Source of the DNA: an uncultured Actinomycetota bacterium
GTDB taxonomy: Bacteria > Actinomycetota > Actinomycetes > JAHEKZ01
Assembly: GCA_963829525.1 (NCBI GenBank)
Contig: CAWHIJ010000003.1
Span: 2,656,001-2,720,000, forward strand
DNA: 64,000 bases
Direction of reading: 5' to 3'
How positions within the stretch are numbered: the stretch's first letter is position 1; each line of letters begins with the position of its first letter. Position numbers and translations under genes: made by a program. Positions 62,703-64,000 of the stretch are shown one piece after another. The notes beneath the pieces are model-generated. The model did no database searches. It was not told the DNA's origin and saw only the letters and a program-made list of their open reading frames with translations.

Positions 62703-64000
62703 GCGAAACCAACCGCTACGACGCGATCGTGGTCGGCGGAGGCCACAACGGCCTCGTCAACGGCGCCTACCTCGCCAAGGCTGGGATGAAGACGCTCATC
62801 CTCGAGCAGCGCCATCTGGTTGGCGGTGCAGCTATCACCGAAGAGCTCCACCCGGGATTCAGCTTCACGACGTTCTCCTATGCACTCAGTTTGGTTCGGC
62901 CAGAAGTCGTTCGCGAGCTCGAGCTGGTCAAGCACGGCTTCAACCCGATCTACATGCCGACGTCGTTTGCCCCCATGGAGAACGGTGACTACCTGCTTCT
63001 CGGTCCCGACAGAGACGAGAACATCCGCGAGATCATGCGTCACTCGACTCGGGACGCCGACGCCATGGACCGATACGAGCACGACGTCGGACGCATCCTG
63101 CAGCTGATGTATCCCCTGTCCGACCGCATCCCGCCAAACATCTTCGGCAAGACACCCGAGGACGCGGCCGACGTCGCATGGCTACTGGGACATCTCGGCT
63201 CAGCAGAGAAGAAGGTCGTCCACGACGCCGTTCGTCTCATCACCGGCAGCATCTCGGACTTCCTCGACGACTACTTCGAGAGCGAGATTCTCAAGGGCTA
63301 CCTGGCTGCGTCCTCGACGACCGGGACGAAGGTCGGGCCGATGTCAGCCGGGTCCGGGCTCGTCTCACTGATGATGATGCTCGGCGAGCATGATGGTCAC
63401 CTGGGCTCGTGGTCTTTCCACAAGGGCGGTAACGGCGGTTTCACGCAGATGCTGGCCAGGGCCGCGGAATCTTTTGGCGCCGAGATCAGGCTCGAGTCCC
63501 ACGTCGATCACGTGATCACCAAGGACGGTCAGGCCATCGGGGTCGCCCTGCAGGACGGCACCGAGTTCCAGGCAGATGTCGTCGTCAGTGCTCTGGACCC
63601 ACGCCAGACGTTCACCAAGCTGGTCAATCCGCGTGAGCTACCTGGAGACCTGGTCGAAAGCATCGATCGCTACCAGTTCAATGGCACCAGCGCGAAAGTG
63701 AACTTTGCCCTCGATGGCGCGCCCCGCTACCCGGCACTCGGCGACCGGACCGACCAGTACCGCGGGTTTGTCAGCATCGCGCCGTCAATCGAGTATCTCG
63801 AGCGGGCATACGACGCGTCCAAGTACGGGTGGTACAGCGAGCGTCCCTACCTCGACACGTGCTTTCAGTCCTTCCTCGACCCCGACATGGCACCCCCGGG
63901 AAAGCACGTCATGTCGTGCTTCGTCTCCTATGCGCCCTACAACCTCAAGGGCAGCGACTGGGACAGCGAACGCGACAACCTCGGAGACACCGTCCAGGCA
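62699..64000 (+). CDS. Phytoene desaturase-like (PYROXD2-like) FAD-dependent oxidoreductase, 3'-truncated by window edge
   Basis: MSETNRYDAIVVGGGHNGLVNGAYLAKAG...EQRHLVGGA; open to the window end; ATGA overlap; absent from the track because there is no stop. Confidence 0.88.
   Translation, partial: MSETNRYDAIVVGGGHNGLVNGAYLAKAGMKTLILEQRHLVGGAAITEELHPGFSFTTFSYALSLVRPEVVRELELVKHGFNPIYMPTSFAPMENGDYLLLGPDRDENIREIMRHSTRDADAMDRYEHDVGRILQLMYPLSDRIPPNIFGKTPEDAADVAWLLGHLGSAEKKVVHDAVRLITGSISDFLDDYFESEILKGYLAASSTTGTKVGPMSAGSGLVSLMMMLGEHDGHLGSWSFHKGGNGGFTQMLARAAESFGAEIRLESHVDHVITKDGQAIGVALQDGTEFQADVVVSALDPRQTFTKLVNPRELPGDLVESIDRYQFNGTSAKVNFALDGAPRYPALGDRTDQYRGFVSIAPSIEYLERAYDASKYGWYSERPYLDTCFQSFLDPDMAPPGKHVMSCFVSYAPYNLKGSDWDSERDNLGDTVQA

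Noticed and set aside
62699-64000. Carotenoid biosynthesis (crtI) call
   Set aside because: No crtB/crtE/crtY context; the GGGHNGL N-terminus and GcvT-like neighbour fit the non-carotenogenic subgroup.

Overview
High-GC (about 65%, estimated by eye) actinomycete chromosome segment with no integrase, transposase, prophage or CRISPR array that I can see. Most of it is the conserved actinobacterial backbone, with gene order like M. tuberculosis Rv0985c-Rv1026: mscL, FmdB, galU-moeA-moaC-mog-rimJ-glpR/sepX, tRNA-Ala(CGC), pmt, rsmI, metG, tatD-rpfB-rsmA-ispE, TetR, tRNA-Gln(TTG), glmU-prs-rplY-pth, mfd-mazG-eno-ftsB-DUF501-ppx. It is preceded by sdhDAB and trpS. Accessory modules sit within the backbone: a holin-like protein plus ABC1 kinase pair, a class II-type aroA, tryptophanase plus fetAB, a copper-associated block (copC, copD-ctaG, ECF sigma/anti-sigma, cupredoxin), a diguanylate cyclase, Fluc-DUF190-Fluc, and a TetR-GcvT-like-FAD oxidoreductase cluster that runs off the window end. 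The most interesting signals are regulatory and are absent from the ORF track. (1) A putative leaderless 11-codon uORF (MEPPSTQGAES) whose coding sequence forms a hairpin over the RBS of a CNNM/CorC-family gene and whose stop overlaps that gene's TTG start. (2) Two genes (pth, rimJ) that apparently start at CTG in CTGA stop/start overlaps. (3) Identical TGAACC-N16-CGT promoters before the ECF sigma gene and the cupredoxin gene. (4) An unannotated 41-aa leaderless ORF convergent with mscL. (5) A structured rplY leader. (6) TAG stop codons that may double as -10 boxes. All calls come from motifs, synteny and recall; no database searches were run.
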